DNA of 63,997 nt, filler included, from Malassezia furfur (lineage: Eukaryota), in NCBI GenBank assembly GCA_052055015.1. It is 3 parts of 3 records of this genome, joined end to end, with 100 filler letters (N's around TTAATTAATTAA, not from the genome) between each part and the next. Parts side by side here need not be neighbours in the genome. Positions count along the whole stretch, not along the records: positions 23,133 to 45,793 come from JBQJIT010000155.1; positions 45,894 to 63,997 come from JBQJIT010000213.1; 1 more part is not named here. One strand, written 5' to 3'. Position numbers and translations under genes: made by a program. How positions within the stretch are numbered: the first letter of the stretch is position 1; each line of letters opens with the position of its first letter. A model generated the notes under the pieces. The model ran no database searches. It saw nothing but the letters and a program-made list of their open reading frames with translations, and was not told the DNA's origin. This document shows, piece by piece, positions 36,973 to 48,090 of the stretch.

Positions 36973-37273
36973 ATGTCGCGCATCAACGGCCGCTTTGCGG
37001 GGCAGGGCCAGGAGCACGAGCTGCAGCGCAGCGTCAAGGAGCCCGTGTAGTACGTCACCGAGCTCACGCAGTATCTGGAAGCGCGAACTTGTCGTGCCCT
37101 CGGCGCTGGCCAAACCCGCAGGGTCGGTGTCCGGCCTCGCGGAGCGCATGGGCATCGACAGCGCCGCGACGCGCTCCGAGACGCCGCTGCGTATCCCCAA
37201 GTGGGTGCGTACGGAGCAGGTGGCCAAGTTCGAAGAGCCTGAGGAGGAAAAGATACCCGAGTCGACGTCCTAG
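36973..37273 (+). CDS. 92-aa microprotein, BCL7-N-like; 22-nt intron at 37050-37071
   Basis: Spliced MSRINGRFAGQGQEHELQRSVKEPVYIWKRELVVP...ETPLRIPKWVRTE; canonical GTACGT...CTCACGCAG intron; GCCATG start with CACGTG upstream. Confidence 0.7.
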
Positions 37274-38376
37274 TGCGGCGCAGACAGGCTCTGGCCCGAA
37301 TCGTCGCTCTCGTCGCCCGACTCGGCACTCGACGCATCCGACATCGGGCCGCCCGTCGTGACCGGCTGCGCAAACAGCTTGCGCTTGCGCAGTGGGATTA
37401 CCGACGTGCTCGCCCCGTGCTCAATGTCCGGGTCGTCCAAGTCGCGTTGCGACTGCGCCGCCTCCTGCGTATCGTGCGACGTCGCCTGCGATGCGCCTGC
37501 ACCGACGTCGGCATATGCCTCGACATGCAGCGAGACCTGCGTCAGCGTATATACATACATTAATGACCCCCGATTCCAGCACCTGTAGCGGATGCAGCTG
37601 CGGCACCGACTTGTGCGGGTGCGCCGGCTGGACGCCGAGCGTCGCGTGGGCGTCGTCGGCCGCATTCGCCTGAAAGGGGACACCGTCCGCCGGTGCCCAA
37701 GGCCCGGTTGCCGGCTCCCGGTCCGAGTTGGCCGACGGTGTCTGGTCCGCGTCCATCTCGATGAGCACGCGGAACGTGCACGCTGCGTGAGCTTGGTCGA
37801 CGTACGTCGTTCGCCGGCCGGCAGTAGCCGCGCTTCGAGCGTGAGGAGTTGGAGCAGAAACTGGCGCGCCACGAGCTCGGCGGCCGCGAGCGACAGGTTG
37901 CCCTTGATCCTGCATGAGCATGCGACATACATGAGATCCCGGTTGCGCATGTCCGTGTCGGGCAGCAAGAAATCCAGCGCAAACACGTAGCGTTCGAGCA
38001 CATGGTCGGCACCCGGCGCGTCTTCGTCCAAGAGCGCTATGACCACCTGGCGGAGAGATGACTGCGTGAGCGGCAAGCGTACATGCTGCAGCTCGTGCAC
38101 AATCGCATTGCACGTCGTACCGATGTACTCGTTGAGCCCCGGGTGCCGGCTCTGGAACGCGGGCGCCTCGTACCGTTTCCGGCGCACAAACACGTCAGGG
38201 GGGTAGACTTGGCGCACGGCGAGGATCGTGTGGATGGCGCACTCGACTGCGTTAGCTCGGCACATACGCAAATCCCCCACGAACCGGACCGTCTCTGTGT
38301 AAGCGCGGCACGCACCATTGTACGTCATCGGCCCATCGCGGACGCGGTCGCGCGACGTGCTAGGTGCGGGGTCCAT
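37270..38376 (-). CDS. REV7: HORMA-domain DNA polymerase zeta accessory subunit; six introns at 38295-38315, 38247-38267, 38062-38082, 37910-37930, 37783-37805 and 37537-37558
   Basis: Spliced TYNETVRFVGDLLECAIHTILAVRQVYPPDVFVRRKRY...SRHPGLNEYI...LERYVF...CTFRVLIE...LESGVINVSLHVE. Confidence 0.87.
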   Translation of the reverse strand: MDPAPSTSRDRVRDGPMTYNGACRAYTETVRFVGDLRMCRANAVECAIHTILAVRQVYPPDVFVRRKRYEAPAFQSRHPGLNEYIGTTCNAIVHELQHVRLPLTQSSLRQVVIALLDEDAPGADHVLERYVFALDFLLPDTDMRNRDLMYVACSCRIKGNLSLAAAELVARQFLLQLLTLEARLLPAGERRTSTKLTQRARSACSSRWTRTRHRRPTRTGSRQPGLGHRRTVSPFRRMRPTTPTRRSASSRRTRTSRCRSCIRYRCWNRGSLMYVYTLTQVSLHVEAYADVGAGASQATSHDTQEAAQSQRDLDDPDIEHGASTSVIPLRKRKLFAQPVTTGGPMSDASSAESGDESDDSGQSLSAPH

Positions 38377-38406
38377 GGTGCCCGATGTCACACCGATCGG
38401 GGGATC

Positions 38407-38869
38407 CTACGCTGCACTACGGACGGCGCGGGCGGCCTGCGCCCACACGCGCAAATCCAGACTATCGACGCGCTTTGCAAAGATGGCACGCACAACCATC
38501 GCCGAGACCCTCGTGTCCTGGGCGCGCCACGCGCGCTTCTGAGCGTGCGCGCTGGGCGACGACAGCGTGCGCGACGCATCTTCGAGCGCCGGCGAAGCAC
38601 CGCGGTGCTGCTCGAGCGTGCCGATGCACATCCACTTGGACTTGGGGTGCAAGTCGAGATGCGTGCCTGCCTCGAGCACGAGCGTGAGGTCAACCGCGAT
38701 GCACGCGCGCTCGTGCTCGAGCCAAAGCTCGCCCGTGTCGGTGTCGTACGAGGAGCAGCTGCGTCAGCCGTTTCACGTACAATCCTGCCACGCGCACCTT
38801 GCGCCCTACGTCGTCGGGGTACACGAGATCCGCGACGGGCACAATCGCCGCACTCTCCAAGGGCGCCAT
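38407..38869 (-). CDS. TEN1: CST complex subunit Ten1 (OB fold); 22-nt intron at 38759-38780
   Basis: Spliced GRKVRVAGFCSSYDTDTGELWLEH...AVDLTLVL...WMCIGTLE...VRAIFAKRVDSLDLRVWAQA matches the Ten1 pattern. Confidence 0.75.
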
Positions 38870-39009
38870 CCCCTCGTGGTGCGGCGGCTTCCCTCCACCT
38901 GCACGTTTCTTCCTCCACCAAAATTTTCGGTGTGCGCTTCGTTGGGCGCATCGTGGGTGTGGGTCGTCGTGGTTGGTCTGCGCATCGGTGTTTGGCCACA
39001 CATACGTTG

Positions 39010-40512
39010 ATGAGCGGCACACTACGTCCAGAAGATATCCCGAGTCTTGACTCGTTCCCCGAGACGGGCACGCCCAAGCATGCCAAGCTCGGCGGCTACG
39101 AGTTTTACCGGAGCATTGGGTCGCCGCAGCGCATCGTCGCGCCCATGGTCGACCAGTCCGAGCTGGCGTGGCGCGTGTTGAGCCGGCGATACGGCTCGCA
39201 GCTTGTGTATACCCCCATGATCAACGCCAAGGTCTATGTGCAGCAGAACAAGGGCGCGCGCCGCGTGCGCGAGACCTACTTTAACCAGGCGCTCAACGAG
39301 GAGGGCGCGCACGCACTTGAGCTGGGCGGCGTGAGCGACACGGACCGCCCGCTGATTGTGCAGTTCTGTGCGAATGACCCTGCGCAGCTGCTGCAGGCGG
39401 CGCGGAGCGTGCAGGACAAGTGCGATGCGGTGGACCTGAACCTGGGGTGCCCTCAGCAGATCGCCAAGCGCGGCAACTTTGGCGCCTTTCTCCAAGAGGA
39501 TTGGCAGCTGATTTTCTCGCTGATCAACACGCTGCATCTCGAGCTCAAAGTGCCAGTCACGGCCAAGTTCCGCGTGTATGACTCGCTCGAGAAGACGCTG
39601 GCGTATGCCAAGATGATTGAGCGCGCGGGGGCCCAAATGGTCACAGTGCATGGCCGCACACGCGAGATGAAGGGCCACAAGACGGGCCTGGCCGACTGGT
39701 CCAAGATCCGGGCGGTGAAGGAGGCGCTGTCGATCCCCGTGTTTGCGAACGGCAACATGCTCTTCCCCCAGGACTGGCGCGACGCGCTGGCCTACACGGG
39801 GTGTGACGGTGTGATGAGTGCCGAGGGCAACCTGTATAACCCCACGCTTTTCCACGAGCTCGATGCGGATCTGTCGTCGCTGTCGCGCCAAGACGAGGAC
39901 CATGTTGGGTTTGCGGCGCTGCGGATCGCGCGGATTGCGCACGAATACCTCGACATTGTGGCGGCGCTGCGTACGCCGACGGCAGGCAGTGCGCTGAAAG
40001 GCCACATGTTCAAGATCACGCGCCCTGCGCTCGCGATTCACACGGACCTGCGCCCGATGCTCGGCAAGGCGCGCAGCAACGAGGAGGCACAGGGCGAGGC
40101 GCGCGTCGAGGAGTACCGTGCATTTGTGCGCGAGCTGGAGCGCCGCCTGCTCGAGGACGAGCAAAAGCCCGAGTACTATACGTCGCAGGGCGCGCCGCGG
40201 TACTATGTCACGCCGCAGCACTTGCAGGATGCCGACGACCGCATGACGCGGCCCGAGTACATCCCGCACTGGTACCTGCAGCCCTACTTCCGCCCGCCGC
40301 TGAACCCCCCGAAGGAGAAGGGGCCCGAGGCGGCGGCGGCAGCCGCAGGGAGCACGGCGGTGGCAAGCACACCGGCCAGGAGCGTAGCGGTCGCGAGTTC
40401 CGGGGCGGCCAACGATGCCGAGGCGGCCGCAGCGGCGCCTGCTTCCCACACGCCTCCGCCCCCGTCCGCTACCGCCGAGCCGCCGGCGAAAAAATCTCGC
40501 ATAGACGCGTAG
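39010..40512 (+). CDS. DUS1: tRNA-dihydrouridine synthase 1
   Basis: VAPMVDQSELAWR, DRPLIVQFCAND, DLNLGCPQ, TVHGRTRE, VMSAEGNLYNP. Confidence 0.92.
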   Translation: MSGTLRPEDIPSLDSFPETGTPKHAKLGGYEFYRSIGSPQRIVAPMVDQSELAWRVLSRRYGSQLVYTPMINAKVYVQQNKGARRVRETYFNQALNEEGAHALELGGVSDTDRPLIVQFCANDPAQLLQAARSVQDKCDAVDLNLGCPQQIAKRGNFGAFLQEDWQLIFSLINTLHLELKVPVTAKFRVYDSLEKTLAYAKMIERAGAQMVTVHGRTREMKGHKTGLADWSKIRAVKEALSIPVFANGNMLFPQDWRDALAYTGCDGVMSAEGNLYNPTLFHELDADLSSLSRQDEDHVGFAALRIARIAHEYLDIVAALRTPTAGSALKGHMFKITRPALAIHTDLRPMLGKARSNEEAQGEARVEEYRAFVRELERRLLEDEQKPEYYTSQGAPRYYVTPQHLQDADDRMTRPEYIPHWYLQPYFRPPLNPPKEKGPEAAAAAAGSTAVASTPARSVAVASSGAANDAEAAAAAPASHTPPPPSATAEPPAKKSRIDA

Positions 40513-40531
40513 TTTGCACCACGTGGCGACC

Positions 40532-41371
40532 ATGGCGGACGACGGCGCGCACGGCGCACCGAGTGAGGCGCCGCTCGCAACGCTACTCGAGGAGGCCAAT
40601 GCGCTCAAGGCGCTTGGCAATGACCAGTACGGCAAGAAGAACTATGCGGTAGCCATTACGCATTATACGGATGCGCTTGCGCGCCTGCCGCCGCGTCCAG
40701 ACGATGCGTCTGCGGAGGCGGACGACGATGCGCAGGCGGGCGACGACGCGCCGGCGGACGGCGAAGCGAAGCTCACCGAGGTCGACGAAGCGGAGCCGGT
40801 CGGGTCGACGCCCGTGCACACGGTGAGCCTCGAGGAGCACCTCGTGTTTGAAGAGGTGGGCCAGCTGCGCGTGAAGCTGTACGCGAATCTGGCCGCTTCG
40901 CACCTGAAGCTGGTGCGTACCGCGAGGGTCTGACGGGCAGGAGCAGTACAACGAGGCGATTGTCGCGAGCACCGAGGGTGCGTGGCGTGCGCTGACGCAG
41001 TGTTGTGTGAGGAGCCCAAGAACGTCAAGGCGCTGCACCGCCGGGCGGTGGCGCACGAGCAGCTGGGCGGGTGGGCGCACCTGAACGATGCGCTGCGCGG
41101 TACGTGCGCGGTGGCTGACGTAGACTACGAGCGGCTCACGGCGCTGGACACCGAGGGCTACGTGCCGACGTCGTTCCGTGGCGAGCTGCGGGCGAACAAG
41201 CAGCGCGTCACGCAGCGCGTGCAGGAGGCCGGCGAGCAGGAAAAGGGCGAGATGCTCGGCAAGCTCAAGACGCTGGGGAACAACGTGCTGGGCTACTTTG
41301 GCCTGTCGACGGACAACTTCCAGCTGACGCCGCAGGACAACGGCGGCTACTCGCTCAACTTTGTGCGGTAG
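40532..41371 (+). CDS. TPR protein, TTC1-like; introns 40913-40940, 40978-41000 and 41100-41123
   Basis: TPR motifs LKALGNDQY, LYANLAASHLKL and KALHRRA; C-terminal EMLGKLKTLGNNVLGYFGLSTDNF...GGYSLNF is typical of TTC1. Confidence 0.85.
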
Positions 41372-41372
41372 A

Positions 41373-42635
41373 CTACGTAAACAGCTTATTCACACTCATC
41401 GAGCCGTCCGTCTGGCGCTTGAGCACCTTGGCGATGGCCAGCTCAAAGTCTTCCTGCGACACATGCTGCCGCCGCTCGCGCAGGGCGTACATGCCTGCCT
41501 CGGTGCAGATGCCGCGCACCTCGGCGCCCGAGCACTGCCCCATCTTTTCCGCGAGCGCACGCAGGTTGATGCCGCGCTGCAGCGACATCTTGCGCGAGTG
41601 GATGCGCAGGATCGACACGCGCGCCTCGGGGCCGGGCGGCGGGAACTCGATCTTGCGGTCGATGCGGCCTGGGCGGAGCAGCGCCGAGTCGAGGATATCG
41701 ATGCGGTTCGTGGCCATGATGACCTTAATGTTCTGCGTGCCCTCGAACCCGTCGAGCTGGTTGAGCAGCTCGAGCATGGTGCGCTGCACCTCCGAGTCGC
41801 CGCCGCCGCCGCCGCTGTCGCCGCGCGACGAGCCGATGCTGTCGATCTCGTCCATGAAGATGATCGACGGTGCGTGCTCGCGCGCCATGACGAACAGCTC
41901 GCGCACCATGCGGCTGCCCTCACCGATATACTTCTGCACGAGCTCGCTGCCACTCACGCGGATGAAGCGGCAGTCGGTGTGGTGCGCCACCGCACGGGCC
42001 AGGAGCGTCTTGCCGGTGCCCGGCGGGCCGTAGAGCAGCACGCCCTTGGGTTGCGCAATGCCCAGGCTCTCGAACAGCTCGGGGTGCTTGACCGGCAGCT
42101 CGATCACCTCCTTGATTTCCTTGATCTGGCGGTCGAGACCACCGACCATCTCGTAGGTGCTGTCGGGCACCTTTTCGACCATCATGAGCGACACAAGCGG
42201 GTCGATCTTGTTCGGCAGGATCTTGTGGAGTGTGTACGAGTCGGAGCGCAGCGCGACACGCAGCGACGGCTTCAGGTCCGCGACGTCGATGCCGGGCGCA
42301 ATGTTGACGACGTACTTGCCTTCCGGCTGCACCTTGACAAGCACCTTTTTCTTGCCCATCACTTTGACGACCTCGCCAACGTATGACTCGGGCTCCTGCA
42401 GCAGCTGCAGCTCCTCGCGGATGAGCCGCACGCGCGCGTTGAGTGCGTTGCGCTGCGCCTCCAAGCGGCGCAGGTTCTGGGCCTTTTCGCTGATCAGCCG
42501 CTCGTACGACTGGGTCTTGCTCTGCAAGAACGACGGAATGCCGGGCGTCTGCGCAGGCGCATGCACCTGCCCGGATGCGACCGGCGCCGTCTGTGCCGGC
42601 TCGACGGCCACCTCGCTCGCCGCTGTGGTCGCCAT
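41373..42635 (-). CDS. RPT6: 26S proteasome AAA-ATPase subunit (regulatory subunit 8)
   Basis: [63 protein letters not shown]. Confidence 0.97.
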   Translation of the reverse strand: MATTAASEVAVEPAQTAPVASGQVHAPAQTPGIPSFLQSKTQSYERLISEKAQNLRRLEAQRNALNARVRLIREELQLLQEPESYVGEVVKVMGKKKVLVKVQPEGKYVVNIAPGIDVADLKPSLRVALRSDSYTLHKILPNKIDPLVSLMMVEKVPDSTYEMVGGLDRQIKEIKEVIELPVKHPELFESLGIAQPKGVLLYGPPGTGKTLLARAVAHHTDCRFIRVSGSELVQKYIGEGSRMVRELFVMAREHAPSIIFMDEIDSIGSSRGDSGGGGGDSEVQRTMLELLNQLDGFEGTQNIKVIMATNRIDILDSALLRPGRIDRKIEFPPPGPEARVSILRIHSRKMSLQRGINLRALAEKMGQCSGAEVRGICTEAGMYALRERRQHVSQEDFELAIAKVLKRQTDGSMSVNKLFT

Positions 42636-42703
42636 GTCGTGGGAGTGGCGAAGCGTGGACCGACGCGTCGCCGATCACGCCACGTGGCTCGCACCTCCAC
42701 ACC
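42636..42703. promoter_or_regulatory. 68-nt bidirectional promoter (RPT6/ELP4) with CACGTG
   Basis: Divergent ATGs at 42635 and 42704; CACGTG at 42681-42686. Confidence 0.55.
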
Positions 42704-44336
42704 ATGTCCGTCTTCCAGCGGCGCACGCGCACCGCGGCGGGCGCGCCGCCCGAGGGCGTGCGTGCCGCATCGTACAGCGCGCCCGTGCCGCTCCTCTCGA
42801 CGGGGATCGCGGCACTCGACGATATCCTGTGTGGCGGCGGCGTGCTTGCGGGCTCGGTCCTCCTGTTTGTGCCGTGCGCCGAGACGGGCACTGCATCGCC
42901 CGCCGAGCTCGGCGCGCCGTCGTCGGGCGGCACGGCGCGCGCCGCCTTTGACGCGCCGCGCACGGCCGCCGCCGAGCCGTACACGGACCTCTTTCTGGGA
43001 TACACGACCGCCCAGGGCCTCGCGTCGCGCCACGTCACGGTCGTCGTTGGGCCGCACGCCGCCTCTTTTGTCGGCGTGCTCATGGGCCGCGCGGCGGACG
43101 ACGCAGCGGCCGACGAGAGCGCGCCTGCAGAGCAGATGCAGGACATGAAGATCGCATGGCGCTACAACCAGCTACAGCGCGTCGCGCCCCCGCCGGTGCG
43201 CGCCAAGGAGGGTACGTCCTCTGCCGACTCACTCAGCCGCTTTCTGCAGCGTGTTTGACCTCACCAAACGGATACCCAGCGAAGAGGTGGCACGCGCGCG
43301 TGCCGAAGGCCTCTTGTATACCAGCACCGACGACGCACACCCCGCGGACGCGGCGTGGGCGGCGATCGAGCAGGGCGTAGCACAGTGCCGCACGCAGGCC
43401 GAGGCCGAAGACGCCCCGGCGCCGGCGCTGCGCATCGTCCTGCGCGACTGGGGCTCAAGCGCGTGGGGCATGCGCGCATCGAGCATGGTGCCGTTCCTGG
43501 TCCGCCTACGTACACTCGCACGCACGCTGTCCATGCCGACGAGTGGGACGCCGGTGCCTTGTGTCGTTGCTGCGTCGCTTTCCGCCGAGCTGCAGACGCA
43601 CAACGCGCACGGCGCCAACCTCGTGCACCGGCTCACGCATGTTGCGGACGGCGCGATTGGGCTCACGTCGTTCGCCGCGTCGCCGGCTTTGCGCGACGTC
43701 TTCCCTGATAGTACGGGGGCCCTGCGCGTGTTTCGCACACCGGCGATTGGCACGCTGACGAACCCGTCGCTGCGTGCGTCGGTGCTGCGTGGGATGGGCG
43801 CTGGCTCCTCGACGCACCCGGCGCGCGGCGCGGGCGGCGCGGGCGGCGGCGAGAACAACCTTGCATTCAAGGTGCGCCGCAAGCGGCTCGTCATCGATAC
43901 GCTCCACCTCGACACGGATGGGGGTGTGCGCGAGCGGCGGACCAAGCCGAGCGGGGACGAGGCGGCGTCCACGCGTCCGGCGTCGTCTATGCCACGCGCG
44001 GCGCCGGCTGCCGAAGCGGCGCCAGCACAGCCCAGGGCGCCGACCCCGGCACCGGCGGCGCCGCAGGCGGCGGCGCGTGCGCCGTCGCCTTTGCCGTCGC
44101 ATTCGCCTTCCCCGGCGCGTTTGCCTGCCCCGTCGCCTTCGCCTTCGCCTGCACCTGCCCCAGCGCCCATCGAAGTCGCCCTCGACGACACACACGCCGC
44201 CCGGCCGCCGCCACCCCGCGATGCGCCCACGGCACTCGCGCCCTTTGCGGGTCTCGAGCGCCTGCGCGAGCGCGGGCTGCGTGCGCGCGCCGAGCGCGGC
44301 GCATCGACGCCTCCTCCACAGACGTACGAGTTGTAA
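42704..44336 (+). CDS. ELP4: Elongator complex subunit 4; 25-nt intron at 43212-43236
   Basis: LSTGIAALDDIL, MKIAWRY, spliced FCSVFDLTKR, NLAFKVRRKRLVIDTLHL. Confidence 0.88.
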
Positions 44337-44471
44337 TGCATGCACCGGCCCCGGGGGGCCACAGAGCGCGGGCGCTGGAGCGACGTGTCCCGTGTCTACC
44401 GGCCCCCCCAGAGCGACTGCGTGGGCTAGATGGCGGCGTGCGCTGCACGGCGCCTGGCCGATCGCGCTACA

Positions 44472-45793
44472 CTACATACCTGTGGATGCGGCCCACTGGA
44501 CGAGCGCCGAATGTAGCGGCTCGCTGCGCCGCGCATCCGTAGTAGCCGCGAGAATCGCACGCCCAGACACGGCGACACGCACTGGCAGAAACTCGGGGAC
44601 CACGCCCGCGCTCGGGAACGCGTCGTACGCGTTCGTCGCCGCGCCCGTCCGCGTCGCGACGCCGGCGGGCAGCGCAAGCGACAGCCGCGCTGGCTCGGGG
44701 ACGAGCAGCTCGCACTGGAGCAAGCTGTGGAATGCCTGGGTCAGTCGCCGCCCACGTACCCGCATGGCCGTGGCGCGGTGTGCGAGCGCCTCGAGGCTCG
44801 CGATCGCGACACTGGTACGTGCGTGCGTCGCGGCGGAGCTCAGGTCGCGGCGCACGCGCTGGACAAACTGCTGTAGCTCGTGGAAACACATTTCCCACGT
44901 AAACGGTTCCTTGTCGCGCAGCTGCAGATGGCGCGCGGTGATCAGCACGGCCATTTCGAGCTCGGTGAGCTCGAGAAGCAGCGCGAAATGCAAATCTACG
45001 CGCTGTGCATCTGCGGACGCAAGGAACGCGTCAGGATCGAGCGTGTCCATAGCGACCGGCACCGTCATGGCCTGGTACAGCAGGCGCACATCCTGCGACA
45101 AGTCGTGCAGCCCGTGCAGGAACACACGGAAGCGCGAGTCGTGTACGAGGCGCTGGGTGAGCAGAAGACGTACCTCGACGCGGTCTTTCCATGCATCGTC
45201 GCAGGGCGCATTGTAGCCGCCGCGCAGCGCCGTGCGTGCGATCAGCTCGTACTGCTCGACGCTCGGTGGATGCACATGGATAATGCGGTGCGAGAAGCGG
45301 CTCTTGACGCGCTTCTCGAGCGCGTCGCCCGCGTCGACGCGCGTCGTCATGCCGACGACCGCAAGTCCGGGGCCGTAGCTGCCGGCCTGCACGGCGTCGA
45401 GCAGGCAGTACAGGAGCGCCTGCCTGGGCCGCTGCGCAAACTGCTCAAACGCATCGAGCACGATGAGCAGCGGCCGCTGTGCACGCTGTGCGTCGTGCGG
45501 GGTATGTGAAAGGAGTGTCAGAATGTGCGAGAGCGTCGTGGCCATCGTCGACAGGATCGCGCTGGCGACCGCTTCGCTCGGACCGGGCTCGGCGGCCGGC
45601 GGCTCGGTGGGCGCCGGCGCCTCCTCGTCGTCCGACAGCGCGACGGACGCATCGAGCTCGGGGAGGTCCATCCCGTCGGCGTCCGCAAACTCCTCGGCGA
45701 GCATCGTATCGAGCGTCGCGGTCTCCTGCTGGCCCAGAGCGCCCTGCGCCATGAGCTGCTTCGCGAGGTCCGCGAGGCACTGCCGGTCGGTCG
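44472..45793 (-). CDS. ORC4: Origin recognition complex subunit 4, 5'-truncated by the gap; in-frame introns at 45153-45173 and 44736-44759
   Basis: RQALLYCLLDAVQ, VVGMTTR, LEKRVKSRFSHR. Confidence 0.88.
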
Positions 45794-45893
45794 NNNNNNN
45801 NNNNNNNNNNNNNNNNNNNNNNNNNNNNNNNNNNNNNTTAATTAATTAANNNNNNNNNNNNNNNNNNNNNNNNNNNNNNNNNNNNNNNNNNNN
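45794..45893. other. Artificial contig-join spacer
   Basis: 44 N + TTAATTAATTAA + 44 N. Confidence 0.98.
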
Positions 45894-48079
45894 AGCAGGA
45901 GCAGCTCGCGCCGCGCACGCTCGCGGCGATGGCGCACTTTGACGAGGACGCGCTGCTGCACGCGCAGCTCGCGACGCTGTGTGCGCCGCGCGAGGTGCTG
46001 CGTGCCGTGCAGCAGTATGCAAGTGCGCTGCGTGCCGCCGAGCGCAAGGACGCGCACACGCTGCGTGCGCAGCTGCAGTTGAACCTCGGTGCGCTGCTCG
46101 TGCAGCACGGCGCGGGTGTGCTGGGCCACGCGCACATCGAGGATGCACTGCGCCGCGGCATGGCGTACCTCGAGCGCGCGTTTGTCGCCGCGGAGGCGGC
46201 CGCGGCCGACTCGCCCGAGGACGCGGCCGCGGTCAAGGTGCTCGCCAACTACGACCTCGGGCGCGCGCTCGAGGCGGCCGGCGACCGCGCACAGGCCGCG
46301 GACGCGTACCGCGCGCTGGTGGCGGCGCACCCCGAGTACGTCGACGCGCGTGTGCGCCTCGCTGTGCTCGCTGCGCACGACACGGGCGACGTGGCGGTGG
46401 AGGGCGGGACGCGCCCTGCGCGCGAGGTGGCGAATGCGCGCTTCAAGGAGGCACTGTCGTGCGACCCGGCGAACCTGGACACGCGCGCGACGTACATCCG
46501 CTTCCTCGCGGGCGAGTACCCCGCGAACCCGCAGGCGGCGTGGGGCGCGATCAAGGAGCTCGCCGCGCAGCTCTTCCTGGGCCCCGACGCGGGCAAGGCG
46601 CTGTTTGGCAGCGCGGCCGTGGCGAAGCGCGCGGCCGACGAGGCGCGGCACGACGCGTTCATCCTCGGTGCGCTCGGCTGGACGTACTACCAGCTCGGCC
46701 TGCACACGGCGCCCGGCGCGTCGTACAAGGCGGACCGCGCAAAGAGCATGCTGCGTGCCACCGACCTGTTCGACAAGGCACTCGCGGCGAACCCGCAGTG
46801 CGTGTTTGCTGCGCAGGGCCTCATGATCCTGCTCGCCGACGACGCGCTGGGTGCCGCAGACGCGACGCCCGAGGCCGTCGAGGCGCGCCGCAAGAACGCC
46901 GCCGAGGACGCCATCGTGCTCTTTGGCCGCCTGCGCGAGCTGCGCGACGACGCGAGCGTGTACGTGTGCCAGGGCCACGCGTTCATGATCCGCAACGAGC
47001 TGGAGCGCGCGCTGCACGTGTACGACCTCGCGCTGCACCGCTACCACAACGAGCGCAACCCGCTCGTACTGCAGTACGTCGCGCGCGCCGAATACGCGCT
47101 CGGCCTGCGTGAGAAGGAGTTTGCGCGCCTGCAGAGCGCGCAGGCGCACCTCGCGACCGCTGCCGAGGTGCTCGCCGAGCGCGCGACCGACGCCAAGAGC
47201 AGCGCGGCGGTCGAGCGCATGCAGGTGCTGTATAACAAGGCGGTCATGGCGCAAAAGGCGCTGCAGATGCTGTGCGACCTGCCGCTCGAGCAGCAGCGCG
47301 CCGAGGAGCTCGAGGAGGCGATGCAGTGGGTCGCCGCGTCGCAGCCCACGTTCCCGGAGCTCGAGGAGGCCGCCCGCAAGAACCAGCTGCTGTACATCAC
47401 TGCCGAGGTCGTCGAGCAGCGCGCGCAGTACGCCGAGACGTCGCTGATGCGCCAGGCGGCCAAGCAGCTCGAAGAGGCGCGTGCGTACGCCGCGCAGCGC
47501 GCCGAGCAGCTGCGCCTCCTCGACGAGAAGCAGCGCGCCAAGGAGGCCGAGCTCGAGCAGATGCGCCGCGCGCGAGAGGAGGAGCACCGCCGCCGCGCCG
47601 AGGCCATTGCCGAGTCGCGCCGCAAGGCGCGCGAGGAGGCGAGCCAGATCGAGTACATCCAGGAGCCAGAGCCAGAGCCCAAGCGCCGCACCACGGGCGG
47701 CGGACGCAAGAAGAAGGAGAGTGCGCAGCAGCAGCAGCAGCAGCAGCAGCAGGACGCGCAGTTCATCGCGAACGACTCCGAGGAGGAGGCCGCCGACGAC
47801 CTCTTCCGCGAGGACGACTCGAACACGGACGCGAACGAGAGCGACTCGGACAAGGACAGCGCACGTGGCGACGACGACGCCGCGCCCGGCGATGCGGCGC
47901 CCGTCGCGCCGACGTCCACGCGCGACAAGCTCGCGGCGCTCGCCAAGCAGCGCAAGCAGCGCAACCAGCAAGAACGCAAGGAAAAGAAGCGCCGGTCGCG
48001 CGACAAGTCGGAGCGCACCGCGAAAAAGCCCAAGGTCGACAACGACACGATCGACTCGGACGAGGAGATGATGCTGTAG
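45894..48079 (+). CDS. CTR9: PAF1 complex TPR subunit, 5'-truncated by the gap
   Basis: TPR array (HPEYVDARVRL, FDKAL...CVFAAQG, SVYVCQGHAF), coiled coil and an acidic/basic tail ending DTIDSDEE. Confidence 0.8.
47726..47752 (+). repeat. (CAG)9 poly-Gln microsatellite in CTR9
   Basis: Directly visible. Confidence 0.9.
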
Positions 48080-48090
48080 ACCTACGAATC

